Shown here one piece after another: positions 49,201 through 62,346 of a stretch of DNA of 64,000 bases. Positions within the stretch are counted from its first letter, which is position 1, and each line of letters begins with the position of its first letter. The notes beneath the pieces were generated by a model. The model saw nothing but the letters and a program-made list of their open reading frames with translations. It was not told where the DNA came from and did no database searches. Source of the DNA: Euglena gracilis (lineage: Eukaryota). The DNA lies in the NCBI GenBank assembly GCA_039621445.1, contig CP154954.1, positions 25,122,954-25,186,953 on the forward strand, written 5' to 3'. A program made the translations under genes and the position numbers.

Positions 49201-51153
49201 ATGGGCTGTGCCTCCTCATGCGTCCCCCACGCCGCCATAGGGGCCAACCCCCTCGCTGGGGCCGGGCGGGGGCTGGCGGACCCCCAGCCACTCCTGCTGG
49301 TCCGGAGGGGCGAGGGGGGCAGCGGGAAGGGACTGGATCATGGCCGGAGCCGGATGTACTGGTGGTGGTGTGCTGGCAGGCTGCCCCCCCCCAGAGCATA
49401 TCTGTATGTTCCGTCCTGGCTCCCTGTGAAAAAGGAGGCCCCCACCCCCGTTTTTATATCTGGATTAGAGTTTATTTTGGATGTTGGTGGTAATTTGGGG
49501 ATGTGCCCTGTCTCCCCCACCCCCAGGGGGATCGGTCCAAGTGTGCAACCCTTGGAGGGGGGTTTCCTCTATTTTTACGATTATTATTTTTTTTAATTTT
49601 TGACCCCCAAGGTGACCCCAGTGTCCAGCGTGTGTTTGAGGTTGGTGGTGGCTGGAAAATAGAAAACCCCTCTACGTCCGTTTCCCAGTGTGGCCCAGGT
49701 CCCTTGCGACAACACTGTAGAAACGTACCCCCAGGCTCGGTTCGGTTTAGTGATGAAGCAGTCTGTGATGAAGCTCCGCCTTGCTACGTTTGACCGGCTC
49801 GAGGAGGTGGAAGAGCCCTCCCCAAGCCAGGCATCTGCGGCTGTGATGCAAGTTCGTTCAGTGTCGTGTTCCCGAACAGGCATGTACTGTTCCCATGTGC
49901 ATGTTGGCGTTTTTGTTGTGTGTTTTTTCTTCTGTTGAGTGTGTATGTGCAAATTTGCGTGCATATACATGTGTACGTACACATATGTGCATATATGTGT
50001 ACTTACACACTGTGCGCGTGTCTGTGTCTGTGTGTGCGTGTGTGCGCGCGCGCACCCACCCACCCACCCACCCACACACAGGCACACATGCGCGCGTTGT
50101 GTGCGTTGTGGTTGGTGCAGGGTGTGGCCACCTGTTGTCTGCCTCTATCAACCTCCGCACGCTGTTCATTGAGGCAGAAGCTGCCAGCCCCGCTGGGCTA
50201 CGAGCTCCCAGCCCCCACCCACAGGTGCAGACACTCATGTTCTGCATCCCGGCGCCGGGTGCTCCCCACATTAATGGTCCCGCTTCTCAGCCCCCCGGTG
50301 TCCTCAAGGTTGTTGCCTTGAGCTCTGCTGCTCCAGAACGCGCTCTGGGCCAATGTCTTAGCCTGTGTTTGCCATGGACAAATGTGATTGAAAAATGAAG
50401 GAAATGGGTGAAAACAGATCAGCCAGGTTTACACCGCGGGGGATGTTACCCAAATCTTCTCAATGTGTTCAGGCAGAATTTTGAAAGCATGCCCTCAGGA
50501 ATAGTTTGAATGAATGCACAGTGACCGAAACATATTAAATAATTTTCAACAGAGAGTTCGTTCAGTAAAAGAATTTTTTTCTGCCGGGAGATTGCTGAGA
50601 CCCAATTGAGTATCGATATTTTGCCCTGCAATATTCTTCGTTACACTGAAATGCAATGCTCAAATTTAATTCCACCATGGTTTTGACGACTAGAAACAAT
50701 TGATCATGAAAAAAATTTTGTGATATGGCAGAGGATTTAATTTTCTTGGTTTTTTTTGTGGGCTTCATGCTTATTTCTTGAACATCGTTTTTGGTCGTCC
50801 CTTCTTTTTGCAGTCAAATTGATGCCAATGAGGCCACATCCGGGGTCTTTCGGGCGTGGCAAGCCCAACAGCCGTCGGTCTGCAAGAGTTGCATGAACAG
50901 CCTTTCAAGGGCGCTGAAGGCTGGGCCCCTCCCTGCCGCAGCTCTGACAGCTTGTGGACGGCTGTTTTTTTTGCGCCCATTTCATGGGATGAGGGTTCCC
51001 CCCCCCCATTTCCTCAGAGCAGAGCCCACTCCCCCCGCCGCGCCGCGCCTGCCTGACAGGTGGGCGGAGCCCCGGCCCCCCCACCGCCTCAGCCGCGTCG
51101 CCCGCGTCCTCCCCCCGGAGGGAGCCGCCTCGCCGCGGCTGTACGGCATCTGA
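49201..51153 (+). CDS. Probable multi-exon gene, unknown protein with N-terminal MGCASS acylation motif (exons ~49201-49400, 49721-~49806, ~50135-50225, 51060-51153)
   Basis: C-rich tract + AG (49191-49192) 8 nt before ATG GGC TGT GCC TCC TCA. Internal exon ETYPQARFGLVMKQSVMKLRLATFDRLEE follows tgtag|. Terminal exon WAEPRPPHRLSRVARVLPPEGAASPRLYGI* follows gacag|. Confidence 0.55.
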
Positions 51154-53539
51154 CGATTGTGGTGTTGGTGGCCCGCCGACCCAAATGGCTCTTTTCTCCC
51201 CTCGCTCAGTATTTTTTTGGCCCCCCGGTTTCCAAGCTTCCACTGTGAGGGTGTTTCCCGGAAAGCTTTTGGCCTTTGCTCTTCGAGAGTCACTTGGCAG
51301 AGGGCCATATGGACCGCACACCCCCACGCCCCCCCCCCCCCGGCTCTTGTGACACTCTTGTGACACACTTTGGGTGGAGAGAGACACAGTCCTCCCATCG
51401 CCCTGACCGCCGACCGACAAACCTTCCCCCCCTCTGTTACCTCCAACCCCTGGGTCCCCGACAACTCTGCCGACACCCCCATCGCAAATCCGTCTGTCGT
51501 GGTGTGACATTATCTGCGAGGGTTGGATGGATTCAGGAGCTCCCACCCTACACCAAGCTCCCAGCAGGCTTTGAACTCCAACGTTTTGGTCTTTTGGTCC
51601 CGCCCCCCCCCCCTTTGGGACGTGCGCCATTTTCTGACATTGAGACCCAAGAGCAGACCCAATTTCGATGTTTTCAGCTGCACCGTTTTCCAAAAAGTTG
51701 AAATTCATGGGTTTCAACACCAAGAGATGCAAAGGTTCCAAAGAATAAGCTAAAATGTCTGCGGACAGTCCCACGTTTTTGCAATGATCGCTGTGGCCGG
51801 ATGGTGCTCTTCATGCCAATTGAAGCCTTTGCCTTCTTGTTGATTTGACATGCTCCGTGGCATAAGTACGTGAAGAATTGTGCACTGAGTCATACTACAC
51901 TCAGTCAGTCACTCAGTCATTGTACACTCAGTCAGGGAACATCCGGCACTGGAAGCTGGCCTCTGCTCAAGGATTGCAAGAACCCCACCTGGGGGCAGGC
52001 TGGGCGGCAACTGGTCCACAATCCCCAGGGGGTCTCCCAGCAGCCTGGTGGACGGGGAAGTCCACCAGCTTCCCAGTGAACGGCGTGAAGTGCTGGAAAG
52101 TTTTCTGACACTGACCCCGAAAACCTGACAACAATCCATTTGTTTGGCACTGGTGAAGGACCCCTCGAGGGGGGTCAGCTTGTGGCTTTCCGGCTGCAGC
52201 CAGTTGTGTTTGCTAAGCAACAGCCTGAATGGAATGTGCAAGGCTTCGGGGGGGGGGGTTGAACGTGCTCCCCGCTGCAAACCTTGAAAAGAAACCGGGG
52301 GGACACCCCTGCCCCAGCTCCATGTTTACACCCCAGAGTCCAGTATTAAAAGCCTAATTCTTGAATAAAGCATCCATATCTACCCACCCCCAGGAACCAA
52401 CCATTCCAGGGATGTTCTCTCTCTGCCACAGTGAAAAATGTTCAAAATAGGCACCATCCCCAATGTCAAAGCCAAAAAAAATTTGTTTCCGGGGGGCAAA
52501 TGCACAACAGAAATGCAGCTTCAGCACAATCCTGCCACTTCCCCATCCTTGGACACAGAAACGAAGACAACGAAAAGAGTTTTTGAAGGCTAATTGTTTT
52601 TTTTTAAATTTTGTTTTCCTTAAATGCAGTGCTGGTTCTTTTCATCCTTTTTTTGAATTTTCTGTGGCTTTTCACGTCATTCCATTTGTCTGAAATGATC
52701 TCTGGATCATAACCCTTTTCCCCCAACTGAAAACCCCCTTTGTACCGGTGCCTCATACAAGTGGTGTGCCATATTGCGGGATATGTTATGTTAGGGTTTC
52801 ATCTTCCCTCCTGTTTCTTTTTGTTGGCAAATGACCTTGTGTTGCTGTCACATTTTTCAGAAATATTCCACGCAATAACGTGACCAAACTTGAGGTCCTT
52901 GAAGGTGATTGCTCTGTTAATTTAAGAATTTGGGGCTATCTTATTGTGATTGATCTGTCCCTGGGAATGTGATGTGATTTTTCCATGGTCCTTGGGGTAT
53001 GTTTTGTATTGCAGAGTGTCTCAGATGGTGGTAGGGTTCTGCATCTGTTTGTCCAACCACTGTACCGCAGGCCACCCCATGCAGACCTACACCCCCTCCC
53101 CCGATATGAGTCATGCGTCCCCCAGCGCCTTGCAGCGACGCTTGCTGCCCCCCCACATGACCGATGGTCTGTGATTGGTGGGCAGGGGCCCTGCACCTGC
53201 ACCAGGGCGTCGCGAAAGCTGAGTCCCCGATGGCTGGACCCCATCTCCCCAAGGGGCTCCAGCCATCCAGCAGCCTTTTCCATCTGTGGACGCTCTCCTC
53301 CCCCATGGACGATTTTTAATTGCCTGTTCAGCCGCCCCAAGCAGGCTTCTTTTTGGCAAGTGCTAATCCCCTCCCCCCACTTATACACAGGTTTTGTGTA
53401 GTGCTGAGTTCCTTACGTGTGTGATGGTGCCATGCTGCAGCAGATGTTTGAGGCGTGTGGCAGTCAAGGCGGCCCGGCCCGGCCCGGCCCTGCCCAGTCG
53501 GGAGCCTGGCGGTCCAGCCCGGCCCGACACGACCCGGCC

Positions 53540-54600
53540 AGCAGCCCAGGGGGGTTGAAAAACGCTCATTTCCGGCTCAAAAACAGTTTTTTTTCCGGCC
53601 CGGGAGGCCAAAAAAAACATGGTTTGGGGCAAAATTTTTTTCGATTCTTTTCGAGTTGTTTTGCCCCAGAAATGACCCAAAATCCCGGGTTTTGGGCCAA
53701 AAAGGGGGTTCGAAAAGCTCATTTTCGGCTCGAAATCAGTTTTTCCGAGTCCGGGAGACCAAAAAAACATGGTTTGGGGCGAAAGAATCTTTTTTTCAAT
53801 TTTTTAGACTGTTTTGACCCGATTTTTTTGATTTTTTTTGAAATGGCCTGAAAACAGAGTCAGCAGGCTAAAACAGTACAGATTTGGAGCGAAATGGGTT
53901 TGAAATGACCATGACTCGGGCTAGCCGTGGAGTTATGGGGAAAACAAAATATTGTTAGGTAGCTTCAATTTAGTTCTCTGGACATTTCCCTTGATTTCCA
54001 AGATATTTTGGAAACATCGATTTTTTTTGGCGCCGAAAAAGCCGAAAACAGCAGAGTCGGAAGCCTGCAGCGCTATTTTTGGGCCGTAAACGGTCATAAC
54101 TCGGGCCAGCTGTGGAGTTATGAGGAGATTACAATGCCATCAGATAGGCAGGGCGTTCCAAGGGCTTCAATTTAGGTCTCCAGACATTTCCTTTGATTTT
54201 GCTTCATTTGTTGAAATATTTTGGAAAAATTGTTTTTTTTACCGAAATTTTTTTTTACCCCAAAGCACCCAAAATGGGCATTTTAGGCTTCAAAAGCGCG
54301 CCGGAACATGGGCCAGGTGTGTCGGCAGCCAAAACGTCGTATGGGGGGTGATAGAGGGCCTCCAGGGGTGCATTTTGTCAGACTGCCATTTCCGGAATTT
54401 ACGTGCGTTTTCTCGAGATATTTTCGAAAAATCAATTTTTTTGACCGAAGATCTCACCCCAGCGAAATGGCAGAGTCGGAAAGGGGGGCCAATCCTGTCC
54501 AGTTTCGACCCCTTCGCGGGTGAATAACTCGGGCCTGGCGGGGAATTGAGGTGATTCGGAAAACCTTAAATCCAGTCGCTCGCAACTGAAAAAACATTCT
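53540..54600. repeat. Interspersed repeat with internal tandem duplications; related fragment at 13430-13560
   Basis: GCTCATTT..GGCTC.AAA.CAGTTTTT.CCG..CCGGGAG.CCAAAAA.CATGGT occurs at 53565, 53718 and 13497. CATxACTCGGGC..GC.GTGGAGTTATG occurs at 53910 and 54095. Confidence 0.7.
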
Positions 54601-56105
54601 GGGAATGGGGCCTGGGGCATGGTGATAATCTGCCGGCTTTCCCACCTACCCATGGGGGGGAGGGCTAGGGGGGGGGGTCTACCCCCCCCCTTTTCCCCAG
54701 GGGTTGGCTTTGCTCTAACCCATAAAGGGATACGAGCTCAGCGACCCCACCACCAACTACCCCCCTTCCCCTTGGGCTGGCCAACCGAAGAATGACCTAC
54801 TAACCCCTCGGCGCAGAAAATAGAATGCGTCTGGGGAAGTTTGGTGGCTGCAACCCCCCAAACTGGTTTGGGAAATTTTTGGTTCCCATCCCAAGCATCA
54901 TTGAAATCGAAGTCGTCTTGTCAGGGTATTTTTGGGTAATTTTTGGGTATTTTTTGGGGGGTCGGATGTTCACCAACAATCAACAATTCCTTGACCTATT
55001 AACCTCCCTCTTCGGCCGAGCAAACCAGATCCAACCAGGGGTTTATAAGTGGTGGGGTTTATAGCAGCCCCCCCCCCCCGCCGCCAAAGGGATGCCCTGA
55101 CCTGCACCTGGTGATGCGCCCATCCCTCTCATGCCCATGGTGTGAAAGATGCTCAATCACAGACCCGGTTGGCCCTTCGAAATCATGAAAGAGGATTCAA
55201 ACGTGTTCTCCCCAAACATCAAATATTCTGCCTTGATCAAGCACCGCCTGTACGAGCACCCTGCAAAAAAAGGGATTGGGGTATCAGAGTTCGGAATAGG
55301 GATTCTCTACCTCAACCTTGGCTGAGTTTCCCCCCCCCCATTAACCTCCCCACTACCTGGGCAGGCCCACGGTATTTGGCTGCAACACATTCGTATGTCT
55401 GCGTGGGGAATATACATATACATATACATACACACCTGCATTTTTTCACAGAACATGTACATATATAATATGGCAAGGATATGTATGTGTACACATATGG
55501 CAGCATCACTCGACTTGGCCCCCCCAGGGTGGGGCAAGAGGAGTGATGCTGCTGTAGAGTAATGTGCTAATGTACATGAGCATTCTCAGGCTCCTTGAAC
55601 ACTGCAACATTTTGGAAGGGCTGAAATGTCACCTGATTACTTTGATTTTGATTTTGTTTGAGAACATATTTGAAGAACAACTCAAGACAAACATCGTATG
55701 ATACATGACAAGCCTTCTGGTCTGATGTGTTTTCTTTCCCGCTGAGGCGAAAGTTACAAGGTTTTTCCAACCAGTTTTCTTACCACTCTGCGAGGCTTTT
55801 GCACACTTTCCTTGCTTTTTTTTGCAAGTACTTCTTCTTCTCCCCCCCTGGCCGAAGCTTTGCATGGCTTTTCCAGCTTGACTTGCATGAATGGAGACTT
55901 AAATTGATTTTAGCTTAACTTGCATGATTTTTTTTGAGATCGCGTGATGGCTGCACAGTTGACACAGCATGTGATCCCTAATTGCAGTGCCTTTTGTCTT
56001 GTTCGATGTCTCCTTCTTTCGCAGCGGATGTGCGCCCAGGTCTCTCCTTTCCAGGTTGTCAGATGATTACAGATGGACTTTCAAGTGAAACGAGAGCCCC
56101 CCTCC

Positions 56106-56545
56106 CAGGCTTTTGCTTAAGGGATTGCAGTACCCCCCCCGGGGGGGGCTGGACTGCAGCTAGTCCAAATTTGGCTAGTGGGTTTTCTAGCAGACCCCCC
56201 CCCGGGGGGGTCTGCTTGCAGGGCTAGCTAGTGGAATTTTTTTTTCCAGTGACCGGCGCGAAGCGCCGAATTTTTTTTTGGACCCCCAAAAATGGCCAAA
56301 AATGCCCGGTTTTGGCCATTTTTGGGAATTTTTGGAACAAAATCAGCCAAAAACCTGTTAAAAACCTCATTTTTCCTCCGGCGCACAGCGCCGGAGGAAA
56401 TTTTTTTTTCCAGTCCGGGGGACCCCCGGCCCCCCCCCCCCCCCCCGGGGGGGAGGGGGGGTCTAGCTAGTCCACTTTTTCCAGTGTCTAGCCGATTGGC
56501 TAGCCAGTACCCCCCCCCCCCGGGGGGTCCTTAAGCAAAAGCCTG
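56106..56545. mobile_element. hAT-type MITE, family CAGGCTTTTGCTTAAGG
   Basis: 17-bp perfect TIR. Perfect TSD CCCCCTCC (56098-56105, 56546-56553). Multiple GCTAG motifs. Confidence 0.94.
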
Positions 56546-59500
56546 CCCCCTCCTGAATCACGTCGAGGAGCCTGTGACAGGTTTAGCCACCAGGGCAAGA
56601 TGCAAGGCACGTTGTGCCTTGCTTCTTCTCTGGGGTCTGTCTCCCTCCGCCTGAGCTGCATGTGGCTGCTGCCATCCTTCACCCCTGGGCACCCTGGCAT
56701 CTCTGATCTTTAACCAATGTACACCGACACACATACAGCAAGCCATATTTATTACCCACAGCCCCAAGCCACAGAATTATATTTATCCCATCTGGAATAT
56801 TTATGGCGAATAGAGGAAGAACAACGGGTGGATAACAAGGCGGCACAGAAACCACAGAAACTGCAATAATCACTCAAAAACTGCCAATCATGCAAAAAAA
56901 ATATTATTTGTCCCCCGAATTGGCCCTGAACAGCCCATTTCGACCCATTTTTGCCCACTTTGGCTCTATTTCACACAAAAAGCAACAAATCCATCAGCGT
57001 CCAGCTGCCCTGTGGGCGGCTGGCACAACTCAAACTCGTCGATGGGGGGGGGGCAGTTGTGCAGGAAGGGCAGCAGAGGGTGGAGATCACCTCCGCTTGG
57101 ACCAAGGCCTGAAGTTGGCATGGCACCTGTGCCATATGTCGTGGCACCCCCCCTAAAGATTTTTTTTGGTTTTTTTTTGGCCCCGGGTCGGTTCTAGTTC
57201 CGGCCAGCCTCTTCCCTCCCCCACATCAACAAACTCATATCTTGTGCATCCACGAAGGCCGACCTTGCGCTTTCTCATCGGACACAGCAAGTATGGTTCC
57301 CCTGACCCTCCCATTGGCTCATAGCCCACAGAAACCTGAGCCAGGGTGCCCCACTTCCTTCACGCAAAGCTGGTCTTGCGTGTGAATTGTGCTTTTCGCG
57401 TGCCCCTCTGCGGCTTTGTACCGGGAGGGAGGGGCCCTTGTCCATGCCTCGCCGCTGTCATTGCCGCGGAGGGCGCTGCCTTCTCTCTCCCCGCCTCTCT
57501 CCCCCGTCTGCGGCAAAAACTGCGGCTCCTGCACCAGAGGCGGCGGCAGGGGCTGGAAGAGCCTCCTTTGTCCTGACAGCGCTCTGTCTCCTCATCCGTG
57601 GTCCATGTTAAAGAACTTAGACGGCCGTTTGGGCACTTAAGGTTTTTTTGCCAATTTGGGCGCAACTGCGCGCGAGGACACAACGCTTCCGCTTGCTGTC
57701 GTTTACCGGGGTTGAAACCCCTGTCGCCGGTGACCCCTTGCTTTTGGTTGTCCTGTCGGCAGCGGTCTCTCACGGTTGGCACCCCGGTAGACCGCGGCCG
57801 AGGGACACTTTTTTTACCATGTCCGCGGCTTGTCCCTCTCGGGTTTGCAACACTGGCCGGCGACTTGAAAAATAAGAAAACGATGCCCTGCCGTGCTTGA
57901 AAGCCCGGCAGCCCGCCGCCGGAGGACGGCTGAAAAAGGTCTCTCACCTCCTCGGGCACGGCACTCCTTTGGGGAGGGAAAGCGTGAGAGGGAAGCGCAC
58001 AGCCACGAGAGGGGGCTTATGGCACGATTGGGACGGGGACGGGGTAAAACGATGTTGAGTGAGTGTCCCACCCGACAGGGGGTTGCATGTGTCTGATGAG
58101 GGGAGGGGTGTGTCAAGTGCTAGGAGAGCGACAGGGGGGGGTGAGGCGCTGCCGCCTGTGCCGCCGAATGCCGACTGCTCTCTGGGGCTGTCCTTGCCCT
58201 CGCTGGGCACAGCAAAAGAGGAACAGGCGAGCGCACTGGACCAGCTTCCTTGTGTGTGTCCCACCCCAACCAGCCACCTTTGGGCCCTGAGTCAACCCTG
58301 TGTGGTGGACGGTGTGTGTGCGCACATGCGTGCCATTGTGTGGTGAGCTGGGGCAAGTTTTCCCTGGGAAGGGAGGTGGTTGACCCAACGCAAGAGGTGT
58401 TGACGCGCGCAAGTGCGCCTGCCGGACTGAGTTGAAGAAGGCTTTGCAGGCCCCGGTGAGTGGACCTCGGGGCCCGTGACCACCCCTTCCGATGCTGGGG
58501 CATTGGCGGAAGGGTCAGCCGTCACGACAAGAGCACCAGCCACTGCTGGTGTGTCCGCGCGCGCAGCTGCGCCCGCTTCCACTCCAGGTACTCCCGTCAG
58601 AGTCGTCGCAAGCGTCGCCATCACGGGCTGCCGATCAGTAAGTTAGGCCTTCCAACTCCGGTGACAGGGGAGGGCGGAGAGGGGGCAATCGCAGGGGAGT
58701 GAGGCGGTGGGATGACGCGCAAGGCGGAAGGTGGAACGCGCGCATGTGCGCACGCACCAGCCACACAAGTGCACCCAGGGGGGAAATCAGACCTGGGACT
58801 GGGGAGGGCAAGTTCGGGCGCATGTGCGCGCCAATGCAATACCCTCTACCCCCGAAAGAAACACACCCGGCGTCTCGGTCACCCACACCACCACCTCCAG
58901 CGCCCCGTCCGGGGAGTTTACAGGCTCCATTCGCTTCTCATGCCCGTCCGAAGCACCCAAGTCGGTGACTGCGGCCATGGCTTTAGGTCCTCATGGATGA
59001 GTTATGGGCCGTGCTAAGCTAGCACAGACAATGTCACACACGTGCCGGGGGACACACTCCGCCCTGCTAGCCGCCAACCCAAGACCGCTGGAATCCGACT
59101 CCTCCTGCCGAGTGGAGAGGGGGCTAGGGGTTGTCCCTGTTGGACATTTTTTCCTGAGAATCAAAAAATCAAAAAATTTCAAATTTGCCATCTCATCGAT
59201 GGCAGATGTGAAATCATGCGAAGATGCAAAATCGAAGATTGAGGGCCTCTCATCTTTATTGGGTCAAAATGGACCGGAATCGAAATTTGGCGGACAAAAA
59301 CACCAAAAGTCATTTTTTTGCACTGTGAGGAGGCTGTTTCCAAGTAGCAATGCCAGTTGGATCTCGGTCAATTTAACCCCGCAGAAAGAGAGGTGCGGAC
59401 AGGGGAAACGAGATGCAAAATTTTGAGGAGGTGTCACTGCTTGTCCTTTGCAAAAAACCCCAAATACCATGTGGTTTCACAAAGGTCCTCAAAGGCTTTT

Positions 59501-62346
59501 TCGTGACTCGGAAATTCCTACTGGGACTCTCTGAGACCGAACTCATTTGGCAAGCACCCCTGGGGTATTCCGTCTGTGCCGAGATGTTCTGCCAATCAGT
59601 GTCTATTCATCGCATCTCTCGGTTTCCAAAACCATGCTTGTTTTCAAATGCCGGAAGTTGCATCATTCTCAAGGAACAAACAATGGGTGCTGTTCACCTG
59701 CCGCCCTGGAGACAGCCGCAGGCATCTTCAGGGACCCTCCAGGTCAGGCGGAACGTCCGGGATCCTCATGGACGCGCCCCCCATGGATTCCGAGGGTGTT
59801 GGGGAGCGCATGCGGCCGTCCAGGTTATCAGGGCACTGCTCACAAACAGCAGCGGAGGGCGACCGCACTCTCTCACCAGCTGCCATTGGGGCCTCAGCTT
59901 ACTTTGCTTCGCCGATGTGCGACCGTGGCAAAGGTTTGTTGGAGCCGTTTAGGAGCCTCCTCGTGCGCATCTGCGCGCGAGAACACCGCTTCTTCGGCCG
60001 TGCAGGTAACGTTCAAAGTCAGTTTTCGGGGTCCGTGAAGGCGACGTGTAGCGTCGCCCACACTCCGGGAGCACTTCCTGAGCGCCCGACTGCATTGAAG
60101 GTGTGTCGGCTGTTGGACGTGGACACATCCGCAGCGTTGTGCCCGCACACTGAGTGTGCACACATGTCTCACTCATGCCGCCGTCCGAGGGTCGGGACAC
60201 CTTGCTTGCCAAACGTTGTGATGTGTGTGCGTTGGCAGGGGTCTCAAATAGGGCCAGCCCTGATGAAGCGGCCTGCAGGACGTATCACCGCTCTGTCTCG
60301 GCTTTCGGCCCAGGTCACAGGGTCCTGAAACAAGCCCACACTCGCGCGCAAGTGCGCACGAAGTGCTCACGTCCACGGGCGCAACACAGCATATGATAAA
60401 GACACAAGTTCTGAGCTGCTAGTGTTGGAGACCTTGAGTAAGGAGAGACACACACCCAGCACCAAACCGCGCGCACTGTTCCGCAGTTTTTCAGCGGCCG
60501 ATGTGTAATACTGCAGAAGCTGGGGGTAGAATTTTGAGTTGCCTGCATGACAATGTTGCTCCTCTCAGTTGTTGCTGCTTATTCTGGGGACTCCACTGAG
60601 GCGTGTACCTACGCTTGAACAGTAGGATCGCGTGCTGCGCCCAATCTTACTGGCCAAGCGTGCGCAAATGCGCCTGATTTTGAGGTCAGATGGGGCGCCC
60701 TTGCGCGCGAGGGACTGTGTCCCATCGTGCGCAAGTGCGCAGGATCGTGTCTTGTGCTCTGTGCAGGCTGTTCCTGCCGCTGGTGTGAAACACTGCCAGT
60801 TCCGGAACCGCGGACAACTTCGGATTTTCGGCAAAAACCCCTTAAGTGCCTATACGGCCGTCTAAGAAGAAAGGCCTGGCCCGCGTTGTCTGCCCACCTT
60901 TTTTCGACGTTTTTTCATGGAAAAAGTCACGGGTTCACTTGAACTTTTGCTCCAAAGTTTCCCGGGAAAATTTCTGGGTTGGTTTCCGCCTCGATTAAAA
61001 CGGCCCCGTTGACCCCTATTTGTGCACTTTAGGCGTTTTGCTGGATCAGGGATTATTGGCCCTTTTGTGTCGATTCCGCTGTTGTCCAAATTTTCCCCCG
61101 AGAGTTTTCTTATTTTTGGTGCCAGCCGAAATCGACTGCTACCCCCAGCAGAGACTGTTTCCGAAACTTTGTGTTTGTCCCCGAAAAGGCCCGATATTTC
61201 CCGAACAGCGGTTGCCTGGCTAAATGCCTGCAAAACCCGTAAACAACGTTTTTCTGAGTTGGTTTTTTGAGCCCCTTTCGCAACAGTGAGACCCCTTGCT
61301 TCTACTGGGCAGGGTGTGAGTGTATAACTTGCGAAAAGAAGTTTCACGGGAAACCGCGAAGTCAATGATGTTCATGGTTTCACGTAAACGTTGTTTGAAG
61401 TTTGAAAATGTTCCCGGTTAATAAGGGGGTGGACGCTCTCATTCTTGGTTCACCCGACAGCTGCCAAGCAGCTGGACACCCCCCGGTGTTCTCCCCTTGC
61501 CTCCTGGACTGGTAGGGCATTACACAGGAGCGGTACAGTTCCCACAGCTGAAGGGGTGGATATCATTGCTGTGAGAGTACCCAGGAGGAGTCTGTGTCAT
61601 TTCCACAGCTCAGCTCCTGGGAGGAGAGTCAACAGCAGACGCCAGAATGCCCCGCATTTTTCTGACAAGGCCCCAAACTGTTTTGAAACCCACTTTCCGA
61701 GTCCACCTGAAATGCCAGATAGGGGGTCTCCAAGAAGGGGGGAAGGGCACATTCAGTCAGGAACATGTTTTAGGTGAGAGGGTTCCAACTTACTACCCAC
61801 TCGCTGCCACTGTTTGGCACCACCATGCCAATCCATTTGATGCAACTCATTTTGGGCTCTCCTGATAAGAACCAAAACGTCTGCTGCGTTCAGGGCCTGT
61901 GGAGTGGGAGGGGGCATCTCATCGGATCTCACCCCACCAGCCTGCTTTACCAGGAGAGCAACGGTTCCCCTCCTTCACGGTTAACTGCAAACAACTCCCA
62001 AAGTGAGTTTTACGTGAAACCGTAAACAATGTTCGGTTGAAGAAAGTTGCTCTGTGTGTTGTTTTCTCTGATGATTTCCAGTTTTTTTTGGCAATTTTCC
62101 CCCCTGATTGCAGCAAACAACAGCAAATGGATTTTTTATAACGTTTGATGTGCTGCACCGTTTCAGGTTCAGCGTAATTCAGCTTTTTCTCCACAGCTTT
62201 TCAACTTCATTTCTGCGAGATGTGTTTCTCAGGGCAGTTCTCTGCACCATTGAAATGGTGTACACAAATGTACACTCGATACCCTGGCCAAGATGTGCTG
62301 TGGTGACTTGAGCCAGTCTGTGGCAACTGGGCACACCAACAGTAAC

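Noticed and set aside
49750-49800. Box C/D snoRNA (GTGATGA twice)
   Set aside because: It falls in a probable coding exon (VMKQSVMK) and has no suitably placed CTGA box D.
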